Shown here piece after piece: positions 63,863 through 64,000 of a stretch of 64,000 nucleotides of DNA. Position 1 is the first letter of the stretch. Each line of letters starts with the position of its first letter. Position numbers and translations under genes: made by a program. The stretch comes from Anolis carolinensis (taxonomy: Eukaryota): positions 33,828,782 to 33,892,781 of the forward strand of contig NC_085842.1 of NCBI RefSeq assembly GCF_035594765.1, read 5' to 3'. The notes beneath the pieces were generated by a model. The model was not told where the DNA came from, made no database searches, and saw nothing but the letters and a program-made list of their open reading frames with translations.

Positions 63863-64000
63863 CTAGACCCCTGCCCATCCTGGCTGGTGAGAGAGGCCAG
63901 AGAGGGATTGGCTGAGTGGGTGAAGGTGGTGGTGAATGCCTCCCTTCGGGAAGGCATATTTCCAGCGAGCCTTAAATTGGCTGTGATCAAACCGCTGTTG
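63863..64000 (+). mobile_element. L2 LINE ORF2 fragment running off the window
   Basis: LDPCPSWLVREAREGLAEWVKVVVNASLREGIFPASLKLAVIKPLL. Confidence 0.85.

Noticed and set aside
63867-64000. IL17RE exon 3 after a tcctag acceptor-like site
   Set aside because: Translation is an L2 ORF2 signature (LDPCPSW...NASL..G.FP..LK.AVIKPLL)

Overview
Eukaryotic, repeat-rich vertebrate DNA. The repeat content (Sauria SINE, 5S-headed SINE, Penelope, CR1, L1, L2, BovB/RTE, Vingi, hAT/Tc1/Harbinger MITEs) points to a squamate, most likely an Anolis lizard. Four genes can be assembled by hand from splice sites and reading frames. (1) RPUSD3: minus strand, 9 coding exons, 24220->12010, 351 aa. (2) JAGN1: plus strand, 2 exons, 24735-28649, 183 aa, head-to-head with RPUSD3 across a ~515-bp promoter carrying NRF1, CCAAT and ZNF143-like motifs. 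(3) An intact but divergent, intronless SNAP23 retrocopy: minus strand, 32482->31853, 209 aa, tail-to-tail with JAGN1. (4) The first two coding exons of IL17RE: plus strand, 55761-55880 and a 16-nt microexon at 62330-62345. The first ~6.6 kb looks like the last exons and long 3'UTR of an unidentified plus-strand gene. Most notable: the SNAP23 retrogene with a remodelled cysteine pattern, and minimal hammerhead ribozyme cores in Penelope remnants, including a 103-bp TSD-flanked insertion that is little more than the ribozyme. Also notable: no CIDEC between RPUSD3 and JAGN1, a duplicated promoter module, and a Helitron-like element carrying captured TE pieces. Two assembly gaps are present. Family assignments come from motif recognition and memory of homologues, not from database searches.
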